This document shows, piece by piece, positions 41,335-55,124 of a stretch of 64,000 nt of DNA. Positions within the stretch are counted from its first letter, which is position 1; each line of letters starts with the position of its first letter. The notes under the pieces are model-generated. The model did not search any database. It saw only the letters and a program-made list of their open reading frames with translations, and was not told the origin of the DNA. The translations under genes and the position numbers were made by a program. Source of the DNA: Macrostomum lignano (lineage: Eukaryota); the NCBI GenBank assembly GCA_002269645.1, contig NIVC01000106.1:372001-436000 (forward strand), read 5' to 3'.

Positions 41335-44300
41335 CTAATCTAGTGCAATAATCCTTGGTTTATCAAGTGCAGTAATCCTTGGTTTATCAAGCGCAATAAT
41401 CCTTGGTTTATCAAGTGCAATGATCCTTGGTTTATCAAGTGCAATGATCCTTGGTTTATCAAGTGCAATAATCCTTGGTTTATCAAGTGCAATAATCCTT
41501 GGTTTATCAAGTGCAGTAATCCTTGGTTTATCAAGTGCAATGATCCTTGGTTTATCAAGTGCAAAAATTTTTAGTTTATCAAGTGCAGTAATCCTTGGTC
41601 TATCAAGTGCAGTAATCCTTGGTTTATCAAGTGCAATGATCCTTGGTCTATCAAGTGCAATAATCCTTTGTTTATCAAGTGCAGTAATCCTTGGTCTATC
41701 AAGTGCAATAATCCTTGGTTTATCAAGTGCAATGATCCTTGGTTTATCAAGTGCAATAATCCTTGGTTTATCAAGTGCAATAATCCTTGGTTTATCAAGT
41801 GCAGTAATCCTTGGTTTATCAAGTGCAATGATCCTTGGTTTATCAAGTGCAAAAATTTTTAGTTTATCAAGTGCAGTAATCCTTGGTCTATCAAGTGCAA
41901 TAATCCTTGGTTTATCAAGTGCAATAATCCTTGGTTTATCAAGTGCAATGATCCTTGGTTTATCAAGTGCAATAATCCTTGGTTTATCAAGTGCAATAAT
42001 CCTTGGTTTATCAAGTGCAGTAATCCTTGGTTTATCAAGTGCAATGATCCTTGGTTTATCAAGTGCAAAAATTTTTAGTTTATCAAGTGCAGTAATCCTT
42101 GGTCTATCAAGTGCAATAATCCTTGGTCTATCAAGTGCAATAATCCTTGGTTTATCAAGTGCAATGATCCTTGGTCTATCAAGTGCAATAATCTTTTGTT
42201 TATCAAGTGCAGTAATCATTGGTGTATTAAGTGCAGTAATCCTTGGTTTATCAATTGCAGTAATCCTTGGTCTATCAAGTGCAATAATCTTTTGTTTATC
42301 AAGTGCAGTAATCATTGGTGTATTAAGTGCAGTAATCCTTGGTCTATCAAGTGCAATAATCTTTTGTTTATCAAGTGCAGTAATCATTGGTGTATTAAGT
42401 GCAGTAATTCTTGGTCTATCAAGTGCAATAATCTTTTGTTTATCAAGTGCAGTAATCATTGGTGTATTAAGTGCAGTAATCCTTGGTCTATCAAGTGCAA
42501 TAATCTTTTGTTTATCAAGTGCAGTAATCCTTGGTTTATCAAGTGCAATAATCCTTGGTTTATCAAGTGCAGTAATCCTTGGTTTATCAAGTGCAATGAT
42601 CCTTGGTTTATCAAGTGCAAAAATTTTTAGTTTATCAAGTGCAGTAATCCTTGGTCTATCAAGTGCAATAATCCTTGGTTTATCAAGTGCAATAATCCTT
42701 GGTTTATCAAGTGCAATGATCCTTGGTTTATCAAGTGCAATAATCCTTGGTTTATCAAGTGCAATAATCCTTGGTTTATCAAGTGCAGTAATCCTTGGTT
42801 TATCAAGTGCAATGATCCTTGGTTTATCAAGTGCAAAAAGTTTTAGTTTATCAAGTGCAGTAATCCTTGGTCTATCAAGTGCAATAATCCTTGGTCTATC
42901 AAGTGCAATAATCCTTGGTTTATCAAGTGCAATGATCCTTGGTCTATCAAGTGCAATAATCTTTTGTTTATCAAGTGCAGTAATCATTGGTGTATTAAGT
43001 GCAGTAATCCTTGGTTTATCAAGTGCAGTAATCCTTGGTCTATCAAGTGCAATAATATTTTGTTTATCAAGTGCAGTAATCATTGGTGTATTAAGTGCAG
43101 TAATCCTTGGTCTATCAAATGCAATAATCTTTTGTTTATCAAGTGCAGTAATCATTGGTGTATTAAGTGCAGTAATCCTTGGTCTATCAAGTGCAATAAT
43201 CTTTTGTTTATCAAGTGCAGTAATCATTGGTGTATTAAGTGCAGTAATCCTTGGTCTATCAAGTGCAATAATCCTTTGTTTATCAAGTGCAGTAATCCTT
43301 GGTTTATCAAGTGCAATGATCCTTGGTCTATCAAGTGCAAAAATTTTTAGTTTATCAAGTGCAGTAATCCTTGGTCTATCAAGTGCAATAATCCTTGGTC
43401 TATCAAGTGCAATAATCCTTGGTTTATCAAGTGCAATGATCCTTGGTCTATCAAGTGCAATAATCTTTTGTTTATCAAGTGCAGTAATCATTGGTGTATT
43501 AAGTGCAGTAATCCTTGGTTTATCAAGTGCAGTAATCCTTGGTCTATCAAGTGCAATAATCTTTTGTTTATCAAGTGCAGTAATCATTGGTGTATTAAGT
43601 GCAGTAATCCTTGGTCTATCAAGTGCAATAATCTTTTGTTTATCAAGTGCAGTAATCATTGGTGTATTAAGTGCAGTAATCCTTGGTCTATCAAGTGCAA
43701 TAATCTTTTGTTTATCAAGTGCAGTAATCATTGGTGTATTAAGTGCAGTAATCCTTGGTCTATCAAGTGCAATAATCTTTTGTTTATCAAGTGCAGTAAT
43801 CCTTGGTTTATCAAGTGCAATAATCCTTGGTTTATCAAGTGCAATGATCCTTGGTTTATCAAGTGCAATAATCCTTGGTTTATCAAGTGCAATGATCCTT
43901 GGTTTATCAAGTGCAAAAATTTTTAGATTATCAAGTGCAGTAATCCTTGGTCTATCAAGTGCAATAATCCTTGGTCTATCAAGTGCAATAATCCTTGGTT
44001 TATCAAGTGCAATGATCCTTGGTCTATCAAGTGCAATAATCTTTTGTTTATCAAGTGCAGTAATCATTGGTGTAATAAGTGCAGTAATCCTTGGTCTATC
44101 AAGTGCAATAATCTTTTGTTTATCAAGTGCAGTAATCCTTGGTTTATCAAGTGCAATAATCCTTGGTTTATCAAGTGCAGTAATCCTTGGTTTATCAAGT
44201 GCAATGATCCTTGGTTTATCAAGTGCAAAAATTTTTAGTTTATCAAGTGCAGTAATCCTTGGTCTATCAAGTGCAATAATCCTTGGTTTATCAAGTGCAA

Positions 44301-46590
44301 TAATCCTTGGTTTATCAAGTGCAATGATCCTTGGTTTATCAAGTGCAATAATCCTTGGTTTATCAAGTGCAATAATCCTTGGTTTATCAAGTGCAGTAAT
44401 CCTTGGTTTATCAAGTGCAATGATCCTTGGTTTATCAAGTGCAAAAATTTTTAGTTTATCAAGTGCAGTAATCCTTGGTCTATCAAGTGCAATAATCCTT
44501 GGTCTATCAAGTGCAATAATCCTTGGTTTATCAAGTGCAATGATCCTTGGTCTATCAAGTGCAATAATCTTTTGTTTATCAAGTGCAGTAATCATTGGTG
44601 TATTAAGTGCAGTAATCCTTGGTTTATCAAGTGCAGTAATCCTTGGTCTATCAAGTGCAATAATCTTTTGTTTATCAAGTGCAGTAATCATTGGTGTAAT
44701 TAGTGCAGTAATCCTTGGTCTATCAAGTGCAATAATCTTTTGTTTATCAAGTGCAGTAATCATTGGTGTATTAAGTGCAGTAATCCTTGGTCTATCAAGT
44801 GCAATAATCCTTGGTTTATCAAGTGCAATAATCCTTGGTTTATCAAGTGCAGTAATCCATGGTTTATCAAGTGCAATGATCCTTGGTTTATCAAGTGCAA
44901 AAATTTTTAGTTTATCAAGTGCAGTAATCCTTGGTCTATCAAGTGCAATAATCCTTTGTTTATCAAGTGCAATAATCCTTGGTTTATCAAGTGCAATGAT
45001 CCTTGGTCTATCAAGTGCAATAATCTTTTGTTTATCAAGTGCAGTAATCATTGGTGTATTAAGTGCAGTAATCCTTGGTTTATCAAGTGCAGTAATCCTT
45101 GGTCTATCAAGTGCAATAATCTTTTGTTTATCAAGTGCAGTAATCATTGGTGTATTAAGTGCAGTAATCCTTGGTCTATCAAGTGCAATAATCTTTTGTT
45201 TATCAAGTGCAGTAATCATTGGTGTATTAAGTGCAGTAATCCTTGGTCTATCAAGTGCAATAATCTTTTGTTTATCAAGTGCAGTAATCATTGGTGTATT
45301 AAGTGCAGTAATCCTTGGTCTATCAAGTGCAATAATCTTTTGTTTATCAAGTGCAGTAATCCTTGGTTTATCAAGTGCAATGATCCTTGGTTTATCAAGT
45401 GCAATAATCCTTGGTTTATCAAGTGCAATGATCCTTGGTTTATCAAGTGCAAAAATTTTTAGTTTATCAAGTGCAGTAATCCTTGGTCTATCAAGTGCAA
45501 TAATCCTTGGTCTATCAAGTGCAATAATCCTTGGTTTATCAAGTGCAATGATCCTTGGTCTATCAAGTGCAATAATCTTTTGTTTATCAAGTGCAGTAAT
45601 CATTGGTGTAATAAGTGCAGTAATCCTTGGTCTATCAAGTGCAATAATCTTTTGTTTATCAAGTGCAGTAATCCTTGGTTTATCAAGTGCAATAATCCTT
45701 GGTTTATCAAGTGCAGTAATCCTTGGTTTATCAAGTGCAATGATCCTTGGTTTATCAAGTGCAAAAATTTTTAGTTTATCAAGTGCAGTAATCCTTGGTC
45801 TATCAAGTGCAATAATCCTTGGTTTATCAAGTGCAATAATCCTTGGTTTATCAAGTGCAATGATCCTTGGTTTATCAAGTGCAATAATCCTTGGTTTATC
45901 AAGTGCAATAATCCTTGGTTTATCAAGTGCAGTAATCCTTGGTTTATCAAGTGCAATGATCCTTGGTTTATCAAGTGCAAAAATTTTTAGTTTATCAAGT
46001 GCAGTAATCCTTGGTCTATCAAGTGCAATAATCCTTGGTCTATCAAGTGCAATAATCCTTGGTTTATCAAGTGCAATGATCCTTGGTCTATCAAGTGCAA
46101 TAATCTTTTGTTTATCAAGTGCAGTAATCATTGGTGTATTAAGTGCAGTAATCCTTGGTTTATCAAGTGCAGTAATCCTTGGTCTATCAAGTGCAATAAT
46201 CTTTTGTTTATCAAGTGCAGTAATCATTGGTGTAATTAGTGCAGTAATCCTTGGTCTATCAAGTGCAATAATCTTTTGTTTATCAAGTGCAGTAATCATT
46301 GGTGTATTAAGTGCAGTAATCCTTGGTCTATCAAGTGCAATAATCCTTGGTTTATCAAGTGCAATAATCCTTGGTTTATCAAGTGCAGTAATCCATGGTT
46401 TATCAAGTGCAATGATCCTTGGTTTATCAAGTGCAAAAATTTTTAGTTTATCAAGTGCAGTAATCCTTGGTCTATCAAGTGCAATAATCCTTTGTTTATC
46501 AAGTGCAGTAATCATTGGTGTATTAAGTGCAGTAATCCTTGGTTTATCAAGTGCAATGATCCTTGGTTGGTTTATCAAGTGCAGTAATCC
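41335..46590. repeat. 24-bp satellite AAGTGCA(G/A)TAATCCTTGGT(T/C)TATC, copy B (~219 units, higher-order structure)
   Basis: Strict 24-bp phase over 5.2 kb; marker variants recur at 768-bp and 1536-bp offsets. Confidence 0.98.
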
Positions 46591-47254
46591 AGCAAGTCTC
46601 TATTGGTTACGCAATATAAATCAAGTATTGAGCTATGCTTCCACACTGCGTTTTCAATGCAGTGACGCAATTCAATTCAGCGTTAAAATTCAGCCAGTGC
46701 ACAGACGATAAATAAAAAGCCTGTTGTGATGCAATCTATTTCAGAATCAGAATTCAACCAGTCAGTTTTTTCTCTAGCATTCTTACAATGCATTTCAAGT
46801 CGAAAGAGCTGCTTGACCTTTGCAAAGAAAGCATGTTTTTCGAATATTTAATCCCTTTAGCATCGAGCAATTTCTTAGCCACGTTGCATGTACCGTCACG
46901 GAAAATTTTCTGATCAAACAGTGCAAGTTCGAACAAAATCGGTTGAGCCATTTTAGTATATAGGATTTTCATTTATTTTTTATCTTAGTCGTCGCCAAAA
47001 ATGTTTCCAAATAAAGTAAAACACAAAAAGCGCTGTAGTTTAACCAACAGTGTGTTTATTGCAATCGTTACTCTCTGATTAAGGTGTGTTAGACGCTCCG
47101 GGGGGTGCCCCTGCACATGCTTCTGTACTCTGGCGGGGATTGAGGTGTGGGGGTGTTGGCCGCGCCGGCCGGCTTAAGCCCCTGCAACCGGCCCGGCTTG
47201 TCTCCGCTTCCATTTCACAATATTTTTTAATTTTATTGTTTTTTACGAACCAAT

Positions 47255-48130
47255 AAATAAATACTCGCCTAAACAAATAAATAAGGAGTCGCCTAAACAC
47301 ATAAATAAACACTCGCCTAAACAAAGAAATAAACACTCGCCTAAACAAAGAAAAAAACACTCGCCTAAACAAATAAATAAACACTCGTCTAAACAAATAA
47401 ATAAACACTCGCCTAAACAAAGAAAAAAACACTCGCCTAAACAAATAAATAAACACTCGCCTAAACAAAGAAATAAACACTCGCCTAAACAAAAAAATAA
47501 ATACTCGCCTAAACAAATAAATAAACACTCGCCTAAACAAATAAATAAACACTCGCCTAAACAAAAAAATAAACACTCGCTTAAACAAAGAAAAAACACT
47601 CGCCTAAACAAAGAAAAAAACACTCGCCTAAACAAGTAAATAAACACTCGCCTAAACAAATAAATAGACACTCACATCAACAAATAAATAAACACTCGCC
47701 TAAACACATAAATAAACACTCGGCTAAACAAACAAATAAAACACTCGCCTGAACGAAAAAATAAACACTCGCCTAAATAAAAATATAATCAATCGCCTAA
47801 ACGAATAAATAAAAACTCGCCTAAACAAATAAATAAACACTCACATCAGCAAATAAATAAACACTCGCCTAAACAAAGATATAAACACTCGCCTAAACAA
47901 AATATTAAACACTCGCCTAAACAAAATAATAAACACTCGCCTAAACAAAATAATAAACACTCGCCTAAACAAATAAATAAACTCTCGCCTAAACGAATAA
48001 ATAAACACTCGCCTAAACAAATAAATAAACACTCGCCTAAACAAAGATATAAACACTCGCCTAAACAAAATAATAAACACTCGCCTAAACAAAATAATAA
48101 ACACTCGCCTAAACAAATAAATAAACACTT
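47255..48130. repeat. 24-bp satellite TAAACACTCGCCTAAACAAATAAA, copy B
   Basis: About 36 units. Confidence 0.95.
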
Positions 48131-48304
48131 CGCTTGATTCCGTTGGGTTCCGCTTTTTCGGCCGCTGCCAACTTTTTCGCAACCTCTTTGTCTTCTTTGG
48201 CTCCTTCCGGCGTGTTAAATGATTAATAATCAATTTGGCTACCGGGTTTTGGTGCCGGGTTCGGCGCTCGGAGTAGGGGTAAACCCCGAACCCCGAAAAA
48301 TTTG

Positions 48305-49535
48305 CCGTCACGAACAGCCCTACATGCACCAAAACAATCACCACGGAGGACGTTGTGCTGCTCGCTCAGAGAACACCAGGCAGGCAGCAAGGCGCTCGGC
48401 CCAGACGAAGTTCCAGTCGAGGCGTTGCGGCTCCGCTATGAGGCTTCTCAAGTCACTGGCGTCATGAACCGCGGGCTTGCCGGCGGCTACTTGCTCACCG
48501 AATCGACCGTAGCGCACCTCGTGCCAGCGAGGCACTTCCCTGATTTCCTGTACACGTGAAGCTTTTGATTGACTGCTGCTCGACCGTCTGCAGTCAGTGC
48601 TGGAGCCGTGTTTGCAGGTCTCCGAACTCCGCCGTGTCATCGAGGAGGTTCCCAACCACCAGACAACGCTGATCATTGTATTTGTCGACTTCCGGAAGGC
48701 GCTAGACTGAGTGCTGAGAGCCGCCGCGCTGCCTTTCGTCCTGCGAGCCTATCGGACCGCAGCCGCTGGACGTCGCTGTATCGCGAGTCCGACCTGTTTG
48801 AAACTCCGTCAGGAGTGCTTCTGAACTCCCCACAGCAGGCGACGGCTTCCTGCGGCGCAGACGCATTGGTCCGTCGCTGGGCTACACCGGCGACCTACCG
48901 ATGATCTTGACCTGTCCTCAACTGATGAAGGCGCCCAGCGCCAGACGGACAGGTTGGTCGAAGTGGCTTCAAGCGTCGGCCCAGTTCTCAACACGCTGAA
49001 GATCGAGGTGCTGACCATCCCAGCCGATATCCGAGCGGTGCAGACGGGCAGACGACTGAACCAGAGCGCTTGCCAGCGGTTCACCTACCTCGGCGGTCCG
49101 GTGCCCATCGTTGTGGACGACATCCGGCGACGCAGAGGACTCGCCTGGGCGGCCTGACGGTCGTCGATTTGCACCCGATCGCCCGAGGCCGCGCCAGAGT
49201 TTCAGCTGGACTCGGCGTACTCGGTGCAACTTTTCAAGCTGACGAGAGCGGCCGGTTTGAGGCCCTGTACGAGAGCTGCAGCACCCATCCACCATCCTGC
49301 GCCGGCGGCGACTCCAACTGGCAGGCCACGTGATCCGGGCTGAGAGCTGTTGCCCCCAGCCTGTCCAAAATGTCGTGCTGCTCACTTTGCCGGGACCGAT
49401 CAGGCGGGGTCAAGCGAGGACCCGGAGATACGTGGACTGCATCCTGAGCGACGCTGGGGCGCCCGACACCGTCAAAAGGCGCGCGCCGGACTTTGTCCGC
49501 TCGCTGACGTTTCGGCGCGCCATCCACTGACTTAC
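48305..49535 (+). mobile_element. Degraded RTE-like RT relic, copy B
   Basis: Near-identical to 11240-12470 with the same lesions. Confidence 0.75.
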
Positions 49536-50894
49536 TGGGGCTGCGTGTTTTGCTGTTGTCTCTCTAACGCTTTCCATCTCTCTAACTAATCTTTCTGTTT
49601 AGGTTGAGAAGATTTAGAGAGAATCCTCTGCTTCTCTCTCTCTCTCTCTCTCTCTCTACCTTCTTTACCTGTCTGTACCTCTCTTTACTTGTCTCTCCAT
49701 CTCTCCAGCACGGATGCTTCTGGCACTTTTCCTCAGTCGATAGTAATGAATAATTTTTAGAGCTGAATAGGAAATCTTGGAATCAAATCGACCTCTCACC
49801 CAAAATTGAATATCATTAATAAAAATTGCTACCCAACAGCAATCGCACATTCTGGGGCGAAGTAACAAGAGCTGCAGAACTTTTTAGGAATGAAGGCCCC
49901 GATCGCCGCTAGCGTGATCGGCCAAGTGTCTCAGGCCAATTATTTTAAATCAAGACAATAAGCAACTGCTGAAGAAATACAACAGCTGTTCCGAACGCTT
50001 TTACCACAGACCAATGAGTGCAGCTTGACTGCGCAATTGGGGCAAAAAATGTGCGCCTCTCTCCCAGTAGAGAAAATGGCAGCCCAGCTTCCACCCCCTC
50101 ACGATCGGTAGCAGTGCCTTCCCTTCCCCTCCTAAACTGATGGTTTAAATTCTTCACGAAATTCGCAGCATCCCCACTTTGCGTACTTCAGAAATACGAA
50201 CGGATCAAGCAACTCGTATATGCATGTGTAGCAACTGAGAAAGGAAGAAGGCAGAGCTAGGCGGTGGTTCGCCTTTGTTTTTGCTTCTTTGTGTTAGCAC
50301 TTGAGCTGCTTGAGTATCGAAGAGGCTTGGAGAAAAATGCTGATTCGGATACTGTATATTTATGCTGTAATTTGGTCTTCCGGAAATTTCTGGAATCGTT
50401 CTAGTGCAGTAAAACAAACTCTATAGTTAGTATCGTACGTATGGTATTCATATTTAGCATGATCATAAATTACAGTAATTAAATATCTATTGAGTAGAAA
50501 TATTTACTACAAGATTAGAAATAGCTAATAAAAGAAGTTTCTAGAATTTAACTCGTGTTCTATTGCAGAATTTTCTAGAAAAAAACATCGTACAGTATAG
50601 AACTTTCGCGAAGGTCGCTACACATGCGTTCTGCCCGAGGTTTATTGGCAAGATCGTCAAGAAGAAAATGATTATTGGTAATATCAGATTTTTGGCATGA
50701 TGAGGCTGAACTTTTGATTTCTAAACGGCTGTGATTTGCTTTAAATTGCTCTTTGAATAGCGCTGAATGGGGGCTTCACCAGTGACCGGATTTTGAGGCT
50801 ATTGAAGAATTCGTGTAGGAAAACGTCACCAAAAGTTAAATTTTAAATTACATAATGTGCATTTCATGTTTCTGAATTACATTTATTAAGCCTA

Positions 50895-52050
50895 TGAGAG
50901 AGTGAGTGTGAGAGAGTGAGTGTGAGAGAGTGAGTGTAAGAGAGGGAGTGTGAGAGAGTGAGTGTGAGAGAGTGAGTGTGGGAGAGTGAGTGTGAGAGAG
51001 TGAGTGTGAGAGAGTGAGTGTGAGAGAGTGAGTGGGATAGAGTGAGTGTGACAGAGTGAGTGTGAGAGAGTGAGTGTGAGAGAGTGAGTGTGAGAGAGTG
51101 AGTGTGAGAGAGTGAGTGTGAGAGAGAGTGTGAGAGAGTGAGTGGGATAGAGTGAGTGTGACAGAGTGAGTGTGAGAGAGTGAGTGTAAGAGAGTGAGTG
51201 TAAGAGAGTGAGTGTGAGAGAGTGAGTGTGAGAGAGTGAGTGTGAGAGAGCGAGTGCGAGATAATATTTGAGTGTAAGAGAGTGAGTGTGAGAGAGAGTG
51301 TGAGAGAGTGAGTGTGAGAGAGTGAGTATAAGAGAGTGAGTGTGAGAGAGTGAGTGTGAGAGAGTGAGTGTGAGAGAGTGAGTGTGATAGAGTGAGTGTG
51401 AGAGAGTGAGTGTGAGAGAGCGAGTGCGAGATAATATTTGAGTGTAAGAGAGTGAGTGTGAGAGAGTGAGTGTGAGAGAGTGAGTGTAAGAGAGTGAGTG
51501 TGAGAGAGTGAGTGTGAGAGAGTGAGTGTGAGAGAGCGAGTGCGAGATAATATTTGAGTGTAAGAGAGTGAGTGTGAGAGAGAGTGTGAGAGAGTGAGTG
51601 TAAGAGAGTGAGTGTGAGAGAGTGAGTGTGAGAGAGTGAGTGTAAGAGAGTGAGTGTGAGAGAGTGAATGTGAGAGAGTGAGTGTAAGAGAGTGAGTGTG
51701 AGAGAGTGAGTGTGAGAGAGTGAGTGTGAGAGAGTGAGTGTGAGAGAGTGAGTGTGAGAGAGCGAGTGCGAGATAATATTTGAGTGTAAGAGAGTGAGTG
51801 TGAGAGAGTGAGTGTGAGAGAGTGAGTGTGAGAGAGCGAGTGCGAGATAATATATGAGTGTAAGAGAGTGAGTGTGATAGAGTGAGTGTGAGAGAGTGAG
51901 TGGGATAGAGTGAGTGTGAGAGAGTGAGTGTGACAGAGTGAGTGTGAGAGAGTGAGTGTGACAGAGTGAGTGTGAGAGAGTGAGTGTGACAGAGTGAGTG
52001 TGACAGAGTGAGTGTGATAGAGTGAGTGTGAGAGAGTGACTGTGAGTGTG
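50895..52050. repeat. 12-bp satellite (GAGAGTGAGTGT)n, copy B
   Basis: Same family as 13053-14540, with rearranged variant order. Confidence 0.97.
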
Positions 52051-52864
52051 AACTGCAACATCGACAGGGAAGATGAAGACGAGCAAAAATGGGCCAAATA
52101 CATCCTTGAACTACCTTGACCTGCGTTGCCAAGCAGCCAAGAGACTTCACCTGCCTAACCGTGCTGTGATTGGTTCGTAAAATGGGTTGCGTGCGCGGCC
52201 TAGGAGGGGATCAAAATGGGAGGTCACGAGACTGGGAGGAAAACAGCTTACGGGAGTGGGGGTCGTTAGGTGCGTTTCGCTTGGAAGATTTTGAACAGCA
52301 GCACGGGAGGTGGGGCTGGGCGACAAAGGAGTGGCTGGGAGTAGCTAGGGAGTGAGTCATCCGATGAGTCATCCAGGGAAGGAAAAGTTTGGGATCGGGT
52401 AAAAAATATACTACACATTTTAGTAGGGTCATAGACTCCGGAAATACCCAGTTGGTCTGGGCACAGGGAGTTCCGTCAATATTTTGTATCTGACGGCTCC
52501 TACACACTCGGCTGGGGTTCCGCAGTGTCGGCCGGGGATGAAGCGGCCGCCATTTCCTACAGCGACACACCCTGCTGCCCCTTTTTCATTTCTCCAACGC
52601 TCCAAATTGCGCAATTCCGCCTATCATAAAATTGTAGAATGCACAATGCAAATGCATAAAAGGTAGTTTAGGACACTCAGTTCGCACTCCAATAATCACA
52701 AAAACTCCCTTTTTATCTGCACACCCAACTGCTCACGCAGTCCTTCCTCCTATTGTTTGTTCCCACTCACGTCAATGTCCATATTATTATGCTATTACTC
52801 TTAGTGCTCACTCGCGTTGTCCTCCCTGACTCTCTTTTTCACTCAAATGTGAAAGAGTGGTTAA

Positions 52865-54223
52865 AACCACTTCGCGCCCAGGCTTGGTTCTGTAAGATCG
52901 CTTAAAATCCCAAAGGCCTGCAGAGCAGTCCATAGACAAATTTGCCCTTTTTTCTGAATTGAGTGCACACCCTAGAAGCTCAGAAGTAAAGTATACCACA
53001 GAGTTTTTCTGCTAGCTCCTGTTCAAACCTTCCTACTCACAAATGGCTTCTACGCGCCCGAAAAGGACAGCTAATAGTGACGCCTTGCGCAGACTGGGAC
53101 TCGATTCCGATTCGGAAGACGCTTTATCAAGCGATGAGTCGACAGTTTTTGAGTCAGAAACGGAGTCGGAAAGCATGGATCCAGAAACTGATCAGAGCCA
53201 AGATGAGGCGGCCGCGGAATGGGTTGAAGTAGCCCCTGGAAATGACAACTCGTTTGACCACGACGGGGTGCTGGAATTCCGAGGGTTTTCGACCATCAAT
53301 TGAACAAATTGATCAGTTGAACAAATTCCGCAGCCAACGGCTGTCATCCAGTACAATCGCAACATGGGCGGTGTTGATCGACTTGATGCGTCCGTGCATC
53401 TCTACCATCCAAATCGTAAGTCCTACAAATGGCTCCAGAAAGTCGCGTTTCACCTGATTCTCACGCTTGTACGAAACGCTTGGACGCTGTACAAGAAGTG
53501 CGGTGGGACAGCCAAATTTTTTACTTTCCTAGAGAATAGTATCAAGACGCTGATCCGCGACTCAGAACCGGGACGCGCTCGGCCACCGACTCAGGTTCCA
53601 GCCCCGATGCAGGCTAACCGTCCAATTCATTCACTAATAAGACTCCCAGCAACGGAAGCCCAGGCTCGCCCAAGCAAACGATGCCGAATGTGCTCTTTGA
53701 AACCTGACGTTCCAGCTAAGAAGACAGTATTTTGCTGCAGCCACTGTCCCGGAAATCCTGGTCTCTGTCCAGACCCATGCTTCAGGATCTGGCATGAGAT
53801 ACATTGCAGTCCCACGAGCGATCCTGCATTGGCGTCTCCTAACTTGAACCCTGTTACACATTTCTTTTCATGTCCTTGTTTTGTTTGGAACCATGCAGTT
53901 AAGTTTTGTATTTGTTTAATACTAGTTATAATACTCGTAGGTCAGTAGTGAAGAGATTAAAATTTAATACGACCATACATTTGTGCATCACCTCATGTTT
54001 TCACTGTGCACGCTTTTTTCACATTTAACATTTGAGTGAAAACATAACGGAAATGTGTAATGCAGGGCTTCTTTAAATTAATCATGACCTGCACAGCAGG
54101 CCATACTGGGCACTTGCTTTAGTGACTGGGAGATGGTTTTTGATGCCATAGACATTTTTCAATATCTGGGTTTTCGAGCCGTTTCGGTATGGCCTGCAGT
54201 GCAGGCCTTTGGCTTCCAAATGG
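52865..54223 (+). mobile_element. Internally deleted piggyBac transposon, 1359 bp, TTAA TSD
   Basis: TTAA at 52861-52864 and 54224-54227; single TTAA empty site at 15351-15354 in copy A. 13-bp subterminal inverted repeat CCAAAGGCCTGCA (52910-52922 / 54200-54212). Transposase N- and C-terminal fragments inside. Confidence 0.93.
53043..53948 (+). pseudogene. piggyBac transposase remnant (acidic N-terminus + C-terminal helix and Cys-rich domain)
   Basis: 53043-53303 is the acidic SDSED-type N-terminus. From ~53328: PTAVIQYNRNMGGVD, W..K..FHL, NAW.LY, then CRMC...CCSHC...LC...CF..WH. The central catalytic region is missing. Confidence 0.9.
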
Positions 54224-54777
54224 TTAAGAGCGCTTTTAATACGAGCAGATTCGCACACTCTACCCGTGTGATCACCCCTGCACCACCCTCTCCATTTCCT
54301 AATTTTCCAATATCCGCTCAATTGTGCATTTCATTGTTCTCCAATCCCTTTATTGTTCTCAATAGTGTTATCCCGTTTGTTCTCGGACCTCAATCTACCA
54401 GACTCTCATAATTTACATCACTTTCTACTACCTGAATTCGTCCGCCCACTCATCAGTCCCCATTTTTCCCCATTTCCCCATTTTAGAAACTGGTCCGTGA
54501 CGTCAGAAGAAAAAAGGCCAATCAGAGAGAGGGGGAGTTAAAGTAACGACCTCTGAGAGCAACACATGACCGAACTTTGGACTCGATTTAGTCTGAGGAT
54601 TTGACCGACGACAGAGCGTGTCGCTCCTGACTCCAGTATGAGTCCATGCAGTCCACTCCTTCTGCTCCTACTTTTGCAGCTGCCATTCTGACGTGTCAAT
54701 CAACTTAAATAAACAAAACATTGGCTGCAATAATTTTCAGTTCCAAAGTTATCGCCAAAGCGTTAATAGCGTTGAGT

Positions 54778-55124
54778 TTTGTACGATATGTACTTTAATT
54801 CATTGTAGGTAGAAATCGATCGGGAAATAAAAATGGATAAGCAAACCAGCTCACATCTGAGCATACCAGTCTACAAGAGCAACAACAGACAGTTATGTAC
54901 GATATGTACTTTAATTCATTGTAGGTAAAAATCGATCAGGAAATAAAAATGAATCAGCAAACCAGCTCACATCTGAGCATACCAGTCTACAAGAGCAAAA
55001 ACAGGCAGTTATGTACGATATGTACTTTAATTCATTGTAGGTAAAAATCGATCAGGAAATAAAATGGATCAGCAAACCAGCTCACATCTGAGCATACCAG
55101 TCTACAAGAGCAAAAACAGGCAGT
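54778..55124. repeat. 116-bp tandem repeat x3, copy B
   Basis: Matches 15906-16253. Confidence 0.95.

Noticed and set aside
41335-46711. 1747-aa and 1763-aa ORFs on opposite strands
   Set aside because: Translations of a 24-bp satellite whose few variants happen to lack stops in those frames. Copy A has ~23 units, and the diverged edge units contain in-frame stops.
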